63,938 bases of DNA from Rhynchobatus australiae (GCA_034780895.1 JAUZTB010000076.1:21140407-21204344); one strand, 5' to 3'; shown: positions 37,671 to 50,765, counted from the stretch's first letter. Numbers and translations are program-made. Notes: a model not told the origin generated them from the letters alone.

Positions 37671-39599
37671 TTCAATCAGAGCAGTTTCAATGAATCAGTA
37701 ACAGAGAAGAACTTTCAGTTTTACCATTCCTTTGGACAAATTCCCCTACCCCAAAAATATTTCATTACTCAATGTGACATTCATGAAAGATGTTTTTCAT
37801 TATTCAGATCTATAATTAAAACTATGCAACACTTCCATGAACTGGCAGCTGCAATAGCCAAATATTGTACTTGGGCACAATGAGCAAAGTTGTCTACTCA
37901 TGGCTACTGATTACTGAGGAGGGGCCCTTGTCACTGCAGGTCCTCTTCCCTATGGAAACCTGACTATACCTTATTAATAATCTGCATGGCAATATTAATT
38001 TATGTTAGCTTTCAGAATAAAATGCCACAACATGATTACTTCTCAATCTAGGAAAGAAATATTTTTGTGAATTAATTGCAATTCAGATAAAGTAAAAAAA
38101 GATGTAAAAAGTAAAGCAAAAAGTTGTGAACAGTGAATTGTACCTGGGTAATTAGTTGGAAGTGCTCTTCAGATAAGGCAGCAGGTCCATGGTCTCTTAA
38201 GTGTTGCTTTTTTTCTGTAAATGTTACCTGGGCTACATAGTATTTCCAGTATTTTCTGCTTTTATTACAGTAAATGGATGATTTGGTGCAATTGACTGTC
38301 ATTGCAAAAGCAAATTCATTTTGATGCAATAAACTTCTTAGTAAAAGAAAGGTTAAAAATCAGAAGGAAAGGGTTATGTTTTCCTGCTCTTTTCCATTGA
38401 GAGGCTACATTGAGCGCTGGGTAGCCTGGGACTAGGTGGGGCCCATAAATCCGCAGTTGCGGAGATGTTCTTAGTGACTGAACTGAAACTGGAGGATAAA
38501 CTAAAATTTTAACAATACCTACCTTATATTGATCTTTTGTTTAAAGCATCAAAGTCTATAATTAAAGACATTGTAAATTAAACGCTTAAAATGTATGCAA
38601 CGTGAATGAACAATATTTTAATGTTTGATCTATTAAACCTGGCTATTTTGAAAGCCTGATCGACATCCGTTCCCATCGCCCATTCCCATTTAACGTACCT
38701 GATCATTTCCCCCTTTCCCCTCTTCCATAAACCCTTGTTTGTGCTTAAGTTTCATGCATGGCTTACGGTTGTTTTTTTTCTACCAAGCTAAATAATTTCT
38801 CATCGATCCGGTCTTTTTATTAAGTCTTGCCAGTCCAGCAGCTCTGCTTTTTCTTCAGATATCTTCAGGCCAATTGAGTCGAGATGCTGGCAATCAATAC
38901 TTCGGGAACCTTAAAGGTCGAGGGTCAATGAGGACTTTGACAAATGCGTCAAATGTCCTTGACTTTTCCAATGCTCAGCCCAACTTTGGCCTATTCTGAT
39001 ATATCACTGATTTGCTGGGCTTCTCATAAGAGCACATTTTGTTCCATTGATCGCAAAATGAAGTCTTACATATCCTGGTATGTAAGGTTGGAATACCCTG
39101 GTGCGAGAAGGCAATAGCTGGTAGGCAGCGTATGTCACGCCAAACAGAGGCGTGAGATTTCAGCATGAGATTTGAGCCCAACACACGCAAATTGCAATAC
39201 TTTGAATTGGTGCTCACAATGTGTATACAAATATTTGGCTAAATACACGGACACAAAAACACAGCCACGTAATACCCAGAGGAGAAGCGTCTCTCCAAGC
39301 AGTGACTCCACGGCGGGTTTTGGTTTGGGTGCCCCTGACGGTATTTATCCAGCAGTTTAGTTTACCTCGAATGCGCAATACCAATTATTACAAACAGAAT
39401 TTCAAAAATCAATATCAGTCTTTTATGTCATTAAATAACAATGTGTGGTGCTCGAGCCATGCAATTTCAGTTCGGAACAACGATTTAACAAGATGTTGGG
39501 CATTTTACTTTATAGACTGTAATCATATTTCGCCATGGATGCGAATAAAGAGAATGTTTTCAAAACCAGTTAATAACATTGAACTGAGTTATAAAGCTG

Positions 39600-40900
39600 T
39601 TTAAGAAGTGACGACGCTGAGCACGTTGTAAGTGGGGGGGGGGGGAAACACACCGTTTCCNNNNNNNNNNNNNNNNNNNNNNNNNNNNNNNNNNNNNNNN
39701 NNNNNNNNNNNNNNNNNNNNNNNNNNNNNNNNNNNNNNNNNNNNNNNNNNNNNNNNNNNNCACAACGTTTGCGATGCTTACGAGCATCTTAAAGAAACAG
39801 AACAAAATTACAAGGGTAAATATCAGGCATTGGAAAAGAGGGGCATGATTTTGCGCCTGAATCGGCAACGTGCTGCTCTTCGCGGCTTCTCCTGCGGCTG
39901 CTCTGTTCCCAAACTTTAGCTTTATATTTATTGCCTTTAGGCCCCCGTGTCTGCGCACCAGGGGCGGCGATTGTGCCCGCGGCGCCTTCTCCCCGTCTCC
40001 CCGGGGTCGAGATTGCTCCTTCGATTAATAGATTTCCCTGCACTCATTTAATAAGGCATCGTCACCAATCGGTTGAGAGTTCACTGCCATTTGGTACCAG
40101 TGTGGTGAGCCAGGTGGTCGCACCAGCGAGGCAGATGCTGCTCTGGGACCATTTACCTCCCCGCAGAACCCTTCCTTTCCCGCTTTCCACCATCCCTTCT
40201 TCGAGCGGCCAGCGCAAAGAAAGCACTAGGGGAGTTGATGACAGCCTCTGGGAGAGAGACAGGCAAGCCCTGGGCTATCGAACGACTGCTGAGAGTTCAG
40301 CCCAGCTATTTACATGGCTACTTGGGCCCAGCAAGAAACTCTTTATCGCAGACAGAGAAGCTTACAGCTGCGGCTTAAAATCTGCCCGCTCCAGAATGAT
40401 CATGCTCTCTCTTGGGTTTTTTTTTGGACTGGGTGGGGGAGGGGAGAGGGAGAAGAAAGACCCGCATTCGGGATGAGTTTAAATGACTCCCAGACTGTTC
40501 CGATCAGGAGTGACACCATTCTCGCTGGGATCAGACGAGTCCCCCAGGGCAGAACGTGATAAACGGTCAGGGCAGCGGGTTAATAGGGGATGGTATTTAA
40601 CTGAGAACACGTCTTTTTTTAAAAGTGCAATTTGTAAAGCAGGGGTTAACGCCGGATTAAAGCAAAATAAAACAATCTGCCTTGGCCAGTCGATAATTCT
40701 ATAAACTGTAAGATTTATAGTTTCATAAGCGGAAAAGCTGACAGAGCGGAGAGTATCCAGGTCTAGTCTTTGCGAGGGGCCACACTTTATCTTCCCAGCT
40801 TGTGTCGGGTGCTGTTATTTGCCGGGATGCCTTCTGCGCACACCTGCTCTGTCGGCCTTTCTTGTAAGGTCGGCTTTCCAAATGAACCTCGCCCCCATCT
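39600..40900. promoter_or_regulatory. GC/CpG-rich island, candidate promoter or Polycomb-type island
   Basis: Visibly the most GC- and CpG-dense stretch (e.g. ggggcggcgattgtgcccgcggcgcc at ~39961); unique and TE-free. CpG o/e was not computed. Confidence 0.55.
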
Positions 40901-41846
40901 AGTTATTGTTTATTTAGTTATTAAGCCGAGTTTCTTANNNNNNNNNNNNNNNNNNNNNNNNNNNNNNNNNNNNNNNNNNNNNNNNNNNNNNNNNNNNNNN
41001 NNNNNNNNNNNNTTGCAGATCAGGTAACTTGTTTTTCCCCCTCTATTGTCCATTAATAAGGCGGATAAATAACAATCAAACAGAATATATGACATAATTA
41101 ACATTACAATAATATTCCAACTCTATTTCCTATAATGTTAACGAGCTCGCCTCATCCACTAATTTCCGCAATAAAATATTTTACCCAATGCTATAATAAT
41201 TATTTTTGACTGGGCTGCGATTTTAAAACAATAAGGGGGTCTCAGTGAATCCCCAGAAGTCGAATAAATTTTACATATACAATAGCACCTGATGTTGCCA
41301 GGCTAGAACAGTAGTCGGTTATCACAAGAGTTAAAAATGAATTGGAATCGGGTAGGTAAAGCGTGAGATTTTAAACCCAACACACGTAAATTGCAATACT
41401 TTGAATTAGTGCTCACAATTTGTATACATTACTTCCTGTAACCTTTGAGAAAATAAGCATCTTTTTTAAAAAAGAACATCTAATTATTATTGACCTCCCC
41501 TTGATGAAAAGGAAGCGTGATTTTGTTTGCTTTATTTTCTATTGCACAATTTTATAACCGTAACCCTCCTCTCAGCCTCCAGTTGAAATAGACACGTCTC
41601 TGGGTAAATGTTAACTCTGCTGGCGATCAATTCACATTCTGTATGCTTGGAATTGTAAAGTTGCATTAAGCTTCGTAATGAGATCCTCATTGAAACATTG
41701 AAAAGAAATTAAGCCGTGTTGGGTGATTATCCTGTTAATTAACCCATTTCAACCTGTTCCCTTTCGATTAGGGCCCACCAAGATGGCTCTTTCTTGCTGT
41801 AATTTTGCGTCCAGTTTTTTTTTTCTCTCTTGCTCTTTTCTGGCAG

Positions 41847-42085
41847 TTGTCTTTGGGTATATCGAGGGAGCAAAAGAAAGAGTGAGTGTAGACAGGCTCT
41901 CCAACACCCTGCTAAATGAAGATTTGCCCAGCATTTCTCCCCCTCAGGCCAAGAACTCCTGTATAAGGACAGGCCATTTGTAACCAGCATCCCAAGCCTC
42001 TTCCGACAATTAATATTCAACAACAGCGAGCTTATTCAGATTCACACAACAGTGAGCTCATTAGGATGATGAAGTGCTTTTGCTG
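41847..42085 (+). ncRNA. Candidate non-coding internal exon (lncRNA or 5' UTR)
   Basis: Long polypyrimidine tract (t10 ctctcttgctcttttct) plus GGCAG acceptor ending 41846; CTG|GTGAGT donor after 42085; all three frames contain stops. Alternative sites: donor after 41881, acceptor before 41948. Confidence 0.45.
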
Positions 42086-44974
42086 GTGAGTGAATTTTTT
42101 TGTTATATACGTAGATCTTCGGAACGAGCTATTAAAATATAATAATTAAAAGTACACAAACCGGCTTGCCGACGGCCCATTTTAAAGAAAAGTTTACTTT
42201 GGAACAATGCAACAATCACATTATTAAACTATAATGTTAATGATTTAAAAGTAAAGATTTTTTGGCATCGAGGCTATATGAAGCCACGCCTAGAAGAAAA
42301 ACTAGGAGCATATTTTCAAATTGCGAACAGTAAGTCGAATCAAATTACATTAACGAATTGTATAGTTGATTAACAGTGATACCAAAAACTACCACAATAT
42401 GTATGCGAAAGTCTGTTTAAAGACAAGAGGCAGCTACCAAGTCTAATGAGAAGTGTTAAATACTACAATCCAACACTGCAAAAGTAACTTCGAACTTTTT
42501 ATGACAGTACCTTAAATTCGAAATGGCTTTTGGAGCAAATCTACATTACTATTCACGCCAGCATTTAAAAGGTTAACGTGAAAACCGTACCAATGTAGAT
42601 AGACCGTTCTTCTCTCAAATAAAACCGAAAATATGAAATTAGGTTCCATAATATATAAACTGTACAAGACAGATATTTGTNNNNNNNNNNCTCATGCAGA
42701 AAATGCATCTTAAATCTATATTTAACATGTTCATTAAAACACCAGTAAAAATGTTCTATAACTTAAAGCAACAGATCTAAATAACTGTTTAGTTAGTCGA
42801 TTCCTTGAAAATTTCTAAGTACTAGTTGGAATGATTTTTTTTAAGTGGGTGGTGTCGCAATTAGATAGTTAGGGGGTCTGAGGGCTGTTAATGATAATCT
42901 GAGAAGAAAGAGCGGTTCCATAATAGAGCAACGCAATGATTAATTCGACTCTTGTTCAAGGCGGTGTAACACATTGATGTCTGCCAGCAGAATATTATTG
43001 ATTAAACACCTCTATTTATATTTTCGTGCAAATGAACTTGTAAGCATAGAAATCTGCAAGATTTTGCATCGTCACTCTTCTAATAATTGATTCCCATCTG
43101 TTTTTCTGTCCTATTTGACTAGCTACTTATCCCAAACGAAAGAATAAGGAATAAATGGCGTTAAAGTACTTTGACACCAGGCGAAGCCACCAGTTAGCAT
43201 CAAACAAGCGCATGAAATATTTAATACAATGTTGAAATTCGAAGCAAGTGAAAAGATTTGATAGCAGTTTCAGTGCTGGCTAGCTTACGAAAGACTGGAT
43301 GAATAAATGTGCTGCAGGGAGCCAGCACTTAGAAAGGCACAGCCTGAAGGCACCTGCACACCTTCTGATGCGATTTTCCGTCCTAATACTCAGCAGTCTA
43401 CGAGGTTCAAGAGAGCATCCTGTCACAAATGATACTGTTTAAAATGAGGTCTTATTCTANNNNNNNNNNNNNNNNNNNNNNNNNNNNNNNNNNNNNNNNN
43501 NNCACTGCCTTTTGATCGATACCTTATCACGCCTCTTGACTTTCAGCTATTGATGGGCCAGAGGCATTGTTCATTTTTTTTCTCTTTTCACAAAGCTATT
43601 TGACTTGACTTGGGGGCTAGATTATTGACACGTACATGTGCATTTGGTGCTCCTTAGCGACACTTGGAGCTAGTAAAAAAGACCTTCGGGAGGCCGCCCT
43701 GACAAAAAAGGAAAGTGATGTATGGTCACTGGTGACCGTTGGTTGCAATGGCCGGAGAAAGAACATGGCCTCAGCAATCCGCAGGCTGCACTGGCAGATT
43801 ACTTGTGGAAAATAAGAGCTGGAAGGCGCTTGTTATCAACTGCGAATGAAATGTCCTCGTCCCCAGCCACCAGATTTAAGGGACTCTGGTTAGAAGAGTT
43901 CCACCCTGGTGGCTCGTTTGGGTCTGAGCCGAGGCAGGAGCAGTAATCCATGACATATCAATTATTTGACTTCTAGTCGAAAACTGCGCTGGGTTGTCAA
44001 ACAATAGAATGATTTTCTTTTCCAGCGGTTTGCAAGTATCAAGATTCTAATATAGCATTTATATAAAACGGAGTAGCAAATAGAAACAGATTTTTAAATA
44101 GTCAATAAAAATGCACCAACCTCTATTATTGTATTCTCCAACTTGACAATAAATCATAGGCACAAACCATTATATTTGGTAATGCTAACACAATTCAAGT
44201 ATCATGGGAATTGCTAACAGCATAATTATTTTTGTATCTATATTTTTAGACAGAATCTGTTCGTCCGTTCATGAGGATCTGTTCTTCAGCACCAGTGAAA
44301 CCCCTTACAATCCCTTGCGTACGGATGGACAATGCACATATGAAGGAAGCAAGAGGCACATAAGTAACTGTCCTCCTGTTTGTACGTAATGCAAATGTAA
44401 TTATGATATTTTAGAGTGATAAGGATAAAATGCTACGTTCAATAAAACGTGAAAAGTTGCGAAGTATCTATGATCTTATAGGCTGCAAGATGATATGATC
44501 AAGATGCCCTTTTAACTCTCTTGGAATGGTATGACCTAATTAAGTTACTTCTAACATTTTCGCCATTAGGTTAAATATGAGGAGCTTCTCATTTCATGTA
44601 ACTTCCTACAGTTATAGCCTTGGAAGGCCAATGTCTTCTTTGTTTTTTTCAAATTCGCGAATCGTGCGATATGGTTACATTCTTCAAACAATCTGTAACT
44701 GCCAAGGGGCGATGAAATCCGGCATATTGCTTGGTTCACTGAACTGTAAAAGCCACGGTGTGGTTTCAACCCAGGTCGTGAGGTGAATCCGCCAACACAC
44801 GACACTTTCCCAGAATGGAACACTAATTGGTTCAGTGGCCTTGCTGACTCTGGAAACCGTGCACTGGACCAATGTAGCAAATAGAAATGTCATGGAGTTC
44901 TGTATGGGACGACTCAAACTTAAAAGAAATCCCATGAGCAGAGATCCGAGTAAAAAGTGCCTACTCATCCGCGA

Positions 44975-45245
44975 AGAGAGGGGAGTCTACGACTAGAGGG
45001 CATAGGTTTAAGGTGAGGCGAAAAGATTTAAAGGGGATCTGACGGGTACGTTTTTCACACAGAGGGCAGTGCGTATATAGAACGAGCTGGTAGAGGAGGT
45101 GGTAGGGGGATACATTCACNNNNNNNNNNAAAGTTTTAGCGGGATAAGGGTCAAATGCAGGCAAATGGGATTAGCTTAGATGGGTCCTACTTGTTTGGCG
45201 AATAGGGCCGAACGGCATGTTTCCATACTATATTACTCAATGAAT
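44975..45245 (+). mobile_element. CR1 3' end
   Basis: GESTTRGHRFKVRRKRFKGDLTGTFFTQRAV; tail gggccgaacggcatgtttccatactatattactcaatga. Confidence 0.88.
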
Positions 45246-45729
45246 ATTTGAATGCGCGGTGAATAAGGTGTTACAAGGAAATCTAAACCTAAAATTGTAA
45301 TTTGAAAAATACTTTTCATTTGAAACGCCATGATAATAAAAAAAAGCGCATGGTATCAAATGCCAACTCATGCTAAGCTACAGAGGATAATGGCCTGCTG
45401 GTGATATTCCAAGATTCGGTATCATTCTAGTGTCCCATTGGTATTGCGGGTATGAATTGTTGCCTTTAGTTTAATTCTTTACCTCATAGAGTTTTAACAT
45501 TTGCTCCTTTTTAGCCACCTAATCTCCATTCTCCCTGGCCAGACCACAGTTTCCCGACATCATCCGACTCATCAACTACGGTATGAGCTTAGACAGCTTA
45601 TGTCAGTGAACTGTCGGAGGTACGTTACTACTAAGGCCTAGCTCCAGCGAGTAGCCACGCGTCCTTAAACCTCTTGAGGCAAACGTCAAATGCGCCTATC
45701 CTCAGCACTGTCACCCACATATTTACAGG

Positions 45730-46228
45730 GTTAGGTGACAGATTGCTTCCCTGAAGGATATTAGTGAAGTACTTGTTTTTGGTTTTGCTCATGTCAGTCC
45801 ACATATTACTCGATTTATTGAATTCATTTTAACAAATTGAGTTTTAAACCCACAGTCTCTGGGTTACTGGTTCTGTGCCATAACTGTTGCATTACATCAC
45901 TCCTGGAAGCTTCATGTCGGTATTTCCTACCGCAAGCACGAAATATATCTTCGATGTTCTTTGTTCTAATGTTCATACATGTGATATGGATGTTGTTAGC
46001 AAGACTGCCATTTGTTTTCTGTCGTTAAATGTCCCGAAATCTGATGGACCTTCCTCTCGAATGTTTGATTCGGTTGAGGGATTTGCTAGGCCATTTCAGG
46101 GGACCATTGAGTTATCCGCGTTGGTCGCCGACCGGAGTTACATTTGAACGAGACTGACTAACCACGGCGCTTTATCTTTCCTGTGGCTATTTTTGTGTTA
46201 CAAGAAGCAGGCAGCTTCATGCCTACTT
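45730..46228 (-). mobile_element. One or two decayed tRNA-SINE relics (family as at 18818)
   Basis: gattgcttccctgaaggatattagtgaa, gtctctgggttactggt..cataac and ttgctaggccatttcagggg..ggagttacat. Confidence 0.5.
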
Positions 46229-46229
46229 A

Positions 46230-46762
46230 TCATACTGTACAGAAACAGACCCATCGGCCCATCATGTCCATGCAGGCTATCAACAAGCTATCTATATTTA
46301 TTTCCTTTACTAGCACTTGGTCAGTAGTCTTCTATTCCTTGGGGGTTCAAGTATTTGTCTAAATATTTGTTAAACGTCCGGAGGGTACCTACCTCCAGCC
46401 TTCCAAAATCTTACCACTTTGTGGTGAGATAAATTTTCCTCAGATCCCCTCTAAACCTCTTCCACTTAACCCTATATCTATTGCCCCTTAGTTTAGACAC
46501 TTCTGCAATGGGGGAACGTTTCCTATTACCGAGCCTGCCTGTTTCTCATTAATTTAAATACCTCTGTCAGGGCCACTTCAGCGGCCTCCGCTCCAAGAAA
46601 ACTAAACACTAAACACAGCCTATTCAGTCCATTTTCATAACTGAAAGGCTCCATCCTGGTATTTTCTTCTGCACCTTCTTCAAAGCAATCACGTCCTCCT
46701 CATAGTGTGGCGATCAGAACTGTACACAGTACTCCAGCGGTAGCCTAACCAATGTTTTATGA
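46230..46762 (-). mobile_element. CR1 3' fragment
   Basis: Tail cagaaacagacccatcggcccatcatgtccatg; ctcagatcccctctaaacctct (RFRGDLR); reverse complement of LEYCVQF.SPHY at ~46700-46740. Confidence 0.85.
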
Positions 46763-48529
46763 AGATTAGATACAGATAGGATTCAACTCTTACTGGAGCC
46801 CACATTACAAAGCTAAATTGAAATTTTCAAATTTGAACTCCTGTTCTCAGTATTATTCGTTCAGCAACATACCCACTATATCAAATTCATACGAAAGGGG
46901 AATTAATTGAGTCGGACTGAGTTGGTGAAGTCAAATTACTGAGCAATTTCATTAGTCGCCCACAATTAAACGGTAATGTGAATCCGTGCAGAAAGGTGGA
47001 GAACTGGAGGCACTAAGCGAAAACTTGTGGAAGATTTTTACCTCTCCCCCCGCATAAAGGCAGCAGGCAATTTCCTTGTCCAATTCACTCCGTATCTCCG
47101 CATATGTTATGGTAAAACTATCAAACCCGAAATTCATACTCCTCGCACCTTTTCATTGTTCCACCTGATGTGAATGAGGAAATTGGAATAGCATTTCCCC
47201 CTTAATAGGTTTCGGACACCCAGTCTGAATTGCGGCTGCTTGGGTCCAAGGTTATTCTCTGGGTTAAGCGAATGTTTTTTTGTCAAGTCGATATTAAATA
47301 TAAAATCTGGTAAGGGGATGCAACAGACTTTATACCGGACTGGAGGTACCCAGCATCCTGTATGGGACCCAACCTGTGTCTCGCCGCCAAGTTTCAATAT
47401 AGACGGAAGTCTGATAGGCTGGCTCTTTTATGTCACATTGCATCTCCTTCCACTTCCAAAACGACATCATACCGAGTGAATGTTGAGTTATATTTGTAAC
47501 TTTGGGTGGAAGATTAACTGCGATACGGTGTCGAAAACTCCAGACCAGAAGATTTGTTCATCGATTAGCATGGCTGATAGAAATCTAAAACATTGAGGTT
47601 TTCAAATTATAAATAAGGCCTTTGGTAAAATAAGATTAACCAATAATTAAAGCCAGTTATTACTTATACTTCAACGCAATCCCTAAATAACGTGAACACG
47701 TTTGATATATTTTCTTACCTCTCTCCTACTGAGGTCGTGCAGATGAGTCAGAGGCAACCACTCTGAACCAAAAGTGCCTGGCCTGGTGCTATTCAATTCA
47801 CAATATTTGGAACACAGGCGAAGGCCAAATCTAAAGGTTAGGTCAGAAACAGAGGGAACCCTTCAATTGTTTGTTTAATGCCCTGTTTTGTGTAATTAAC
47901 AATGCCAAGGTTTATATTTATCGGGCAACAGCTAAGTCATTAACAGAGTCGCGCCACCAAGTAGCGGTTTATCTGAAGCAAGAAACCTTTCAAGTTTGGA
48001 ACGTACATGCCCTGTTCATTTTCAGTTGTGTCCATCCATCCATCTGTCCTCCTTTCCCTCTATCTATCTATCTTTCTTATCCATCTTTCTATCTTTCTTA
48101 TCTATCTATCTCTGTTCACCTGTTCACCCGCTCTCCACCCCCAGCGGCCGACCCCTAACATCGCCATTTGTTTTTTACTTGTATTTCAGTTGAAATAGTA
48201 AATGCTTCGCTTGGAATTAAAGTCCTAATGACTTTGATGCCAATGCGCTTTATCCAGGGCCACGGCCAGCATGCCTGCATTCACACGCTGCTAAACTGAG
48301 ACACTGGAAGTATTTTTCCGGTATGCTGAACTTGTGGAAATTTGACTTTCTCTGGTGCGCCAGGTTTGTCTTTCCTCGGGAGCACTGCACTGAAAATCAC
48401 TGTCCTGGGACCGCAAAAGTGGGTTGCTGACAATGAAAATCGGCATCTGTTGTTTATTATAACAGGCAAGAGTTTTCCAAATGCTATATAAAGGTCTCAA
48501 TAGAATAGGATAGGACTAGAGTTCTTCAA

Positions 48530-48740
48530 TAAAATCGGTAAATGCTGAAAATCACTCACAAGGCAAGGCAGCATCTGTGGAAAGAACAACAATTAACGCT
48601 TCAGGTCTGACCAAGGGCCTCGCATCTGAAATGTTCACGTTTTCTTGGCCCACAGAAGCTGCCTGGCCCTCTGAGTGTTTTCACCGTTTGTTTTGCTTTT
48701 ACTGAAAATGTCCAGCATTTGCAGTTGAATTTTGCTATTT
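48530..48740. mobile_element. Fold-back Penelope-like terminal element
   Basis: Arms tgctgaaaatcactcacaaggcaaggcagcatctgtgg and ccacagaagctgcctggccctctgagtgttttca are inverted; centre ctgacca..gaaatgtt is a degenerate hammerhead core. Confidence 0.7.
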
Positions 48741-48792
48741 TCATTGAGTACTTGTGTTCACCCACTTTATTTCCTTGTCTCCATATCTATCT

Positions 48793-48870
<78 letters not shown>
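48793..48870. repeat. (ATAG)n / GATA microsatellite, ~19 units
   Basis: Perfect tetranucleotide array. Confidence 0.97.
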
Positions 48871-49099
48871 TAATTGATTGATTGGATGTATATATTTAAA
48901 TCCATAGGTTAGTTAGAAGAGTTCTCTCATCGGGACGCATGATTTCTACTGGCATTTACAACAGCTCTTAAGGGTACTTGTATATCGGTGAACAAATTTG
49001 GCTGGACTATATAACTGATAAGACATGATTTCCGTTGTTTTGTCTGACATTAGTTACAACTGAGCTGTAATGGAAACGATACTGATGAACAACGTTACT

Positions 49100-49365
49100 C
49101 TGTGTGAGATAAAGACGCTGAAGGTGACATTTCTTCACCCAGAGAATAGAGAATTGTGAATCTTTGGAATTCTCCACCCAAGAGGGCTGTAAGGGCTCGG
49201 ACGCTGAATGTGTTTAAGACAGTGATCGATTGATTCTTGTACACCAAGGGAATCAGGGGGTTTAGGGTTGGTGCAGGAAAATGGCATTGAGACAAAACAT
49301 CACGATGATCGCATTGAAAGACGGAGCAGTCGCGAGAGGTCGAGTGGCCTGCTCCTGTTTCAAAT
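49100..49365 (+). mobile_element. CR1 3' end
   Basis: tttcttcacccagaga..attgtgaatctttggaattctccacccaagagggctgt (FFTQR..VNLWNS.P) and tail gtggcctgctcctgtttc. Confidence 0.85.
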
Positions 49366-49779
49366 AAAGTGCAAGAGATTAGTGGGCCCAGTAACCGTAT
49401 AGAGAGGGGAATCGATGCCAATTAACAGTCATCCTTTAAAATAATTTCTACCTTATTCGTGGAATCCAACAGTTTGGAAGAAGGCCATTCAACCCATCGC
49501 ATTTGTCCTAGTTCTTTGAAACAATGGTCCTCTTTAATATCACCCTCAGTTCTCTATCCAAGGCCCACCAACAATAAACTTATAATTACTACCCTCCAAT
49601 TACATATCCAGTTGCCCCAGAGATTCCATTTGAGTCTGATTTTACCACTTTATCATGGATTACCTTCCAAATTTGTCAAGGCTTAGTGCGGAAAATTGCC
49701 CTCGATTCCCCTATAGTTTTTGTTTTGTATTTTAAATCTGTGACTTCTGGTTAGCGACCCGTTTCCCAAATGAAATATA

Positions 49780-50765
49780 AGCAGAAATTACTCGCGATAA
49801 TCAGAGAAACAGAGCTAAAGTTTCTTGGTGTCAAATTCTGAGATAAGATGCAGAGAACTAGTGAGAGGGAGGAACGAAAAAAGGGGGTTATCCATAAACG
49901 TAAGAATGATTAATTGACAAAATAAAGTGGGCGGCAAAGAGACAAGTCATGAAATAAGAGATGGGCCTGGAGGAGATGTAAACAGGATTAGCAGAATTAT
50001 TGTGTAAAATGATTGAATTCATTGTTAAACCCAGATGACTGTGATGTGGCTGGTCAAAAGACAGACCGTGAGATTCTCTTGATCTTAACGTGAGTTTCAG
50101 CAGAGCGCTTTATGAGGCTAGGCCCAGATACGGCAGAGTGCGAGTGGATTAGAGTATTAAAGTGACGCGGTCATATATATGGAATGAAAAGTGGATTCTC
50201 CACAAAATTGTCAACCAATTACTTTTTTTCCATCTATAATGTGCACTCAGATAATGTTCATTGATTCAGGCACATGGTATTTCCAGTGTAGAGGAGGAGA
50301 ACACGTGGTGATTAGGTGGCTCCTTTGTCAAATATCCCCATTTTCTATGCAAGCTTCCTTCGATTGACACTTAGTTGCCCACCCCACCACTCTCGTTATG
50401 ACATTACAGTCGCCACCCTCCTGCATTGTCCCAATGAAGTTCAAAATATGATCTTTCAACGAAGCAAGTTACAACCAGTCGGATTTAACACTGGGCTCAA
50501 CAATTACGGACAATGATTCAACCTTTCCTATTCACACTTAGTCTACACTTATCCATTTTACTCCTTCCGTTGGCACTCACTGTTGCCTTGCATCATCATA
50601 ATTTTTCTCATCAATCCTTCCTGTTTCTTCCCTTTATCCCATCCACCCCTCTCTCTGCACGTTAAAACTTACTTTATCGCCCCTTCTTATTGAACCTGAA
50701 ATAATAACTCTGTAAATGTCTAATATCCTATATATCCAACATTTCCTATATTTATATCAGATCTC
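49780..50765. mobile_element. Penelope-like element remnant: two inverted GIY-YIG C-terminal ends
   Basis: ORF 50316+ ..PPHHSRYDITVATLLHCPNE..MIFQRSKLQPVGFNTGLNN resembles PLE 'LIFRLGTLQP.GLN.EFNNF'; a minus-strand counterpart lies at ~50010-50160 (ttgaattcattgttaaacccaga); PLE-type termini flank both sides. Confidence 0.6.

Noticed and set aside
39931-40476. 181-aa ORF in the CpG island
   Set aside because: It starts at TTG, has no family motif and has the Pro/Ser/Arg-rich composition expected by chance in GC-rich DNA.
43118-43145. Minus-strand TCTTTCGTTTGGGATAAGT resembles my recollection of a Sox2 N3 (SOX/PAX6) enhancer core
   Set aside because: The match is short, from memory only, and the SOX core is broken; not enough to assign the locus to sox2. 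BLAST of the CNE candidates is needed.
44285-44305. TTCAGCACCA, left half of an RE1/REST site
   Set aside because: The right half (GGACAG) is missing at the canonical spacing.
45255-45264. CGCGGTGAAT matches the 3' part of miR-124
   Set aside because: The seed (AAGGCAC) is absent and there is no precursor hairpin; a chance 10-mer next to a CR1 tail.
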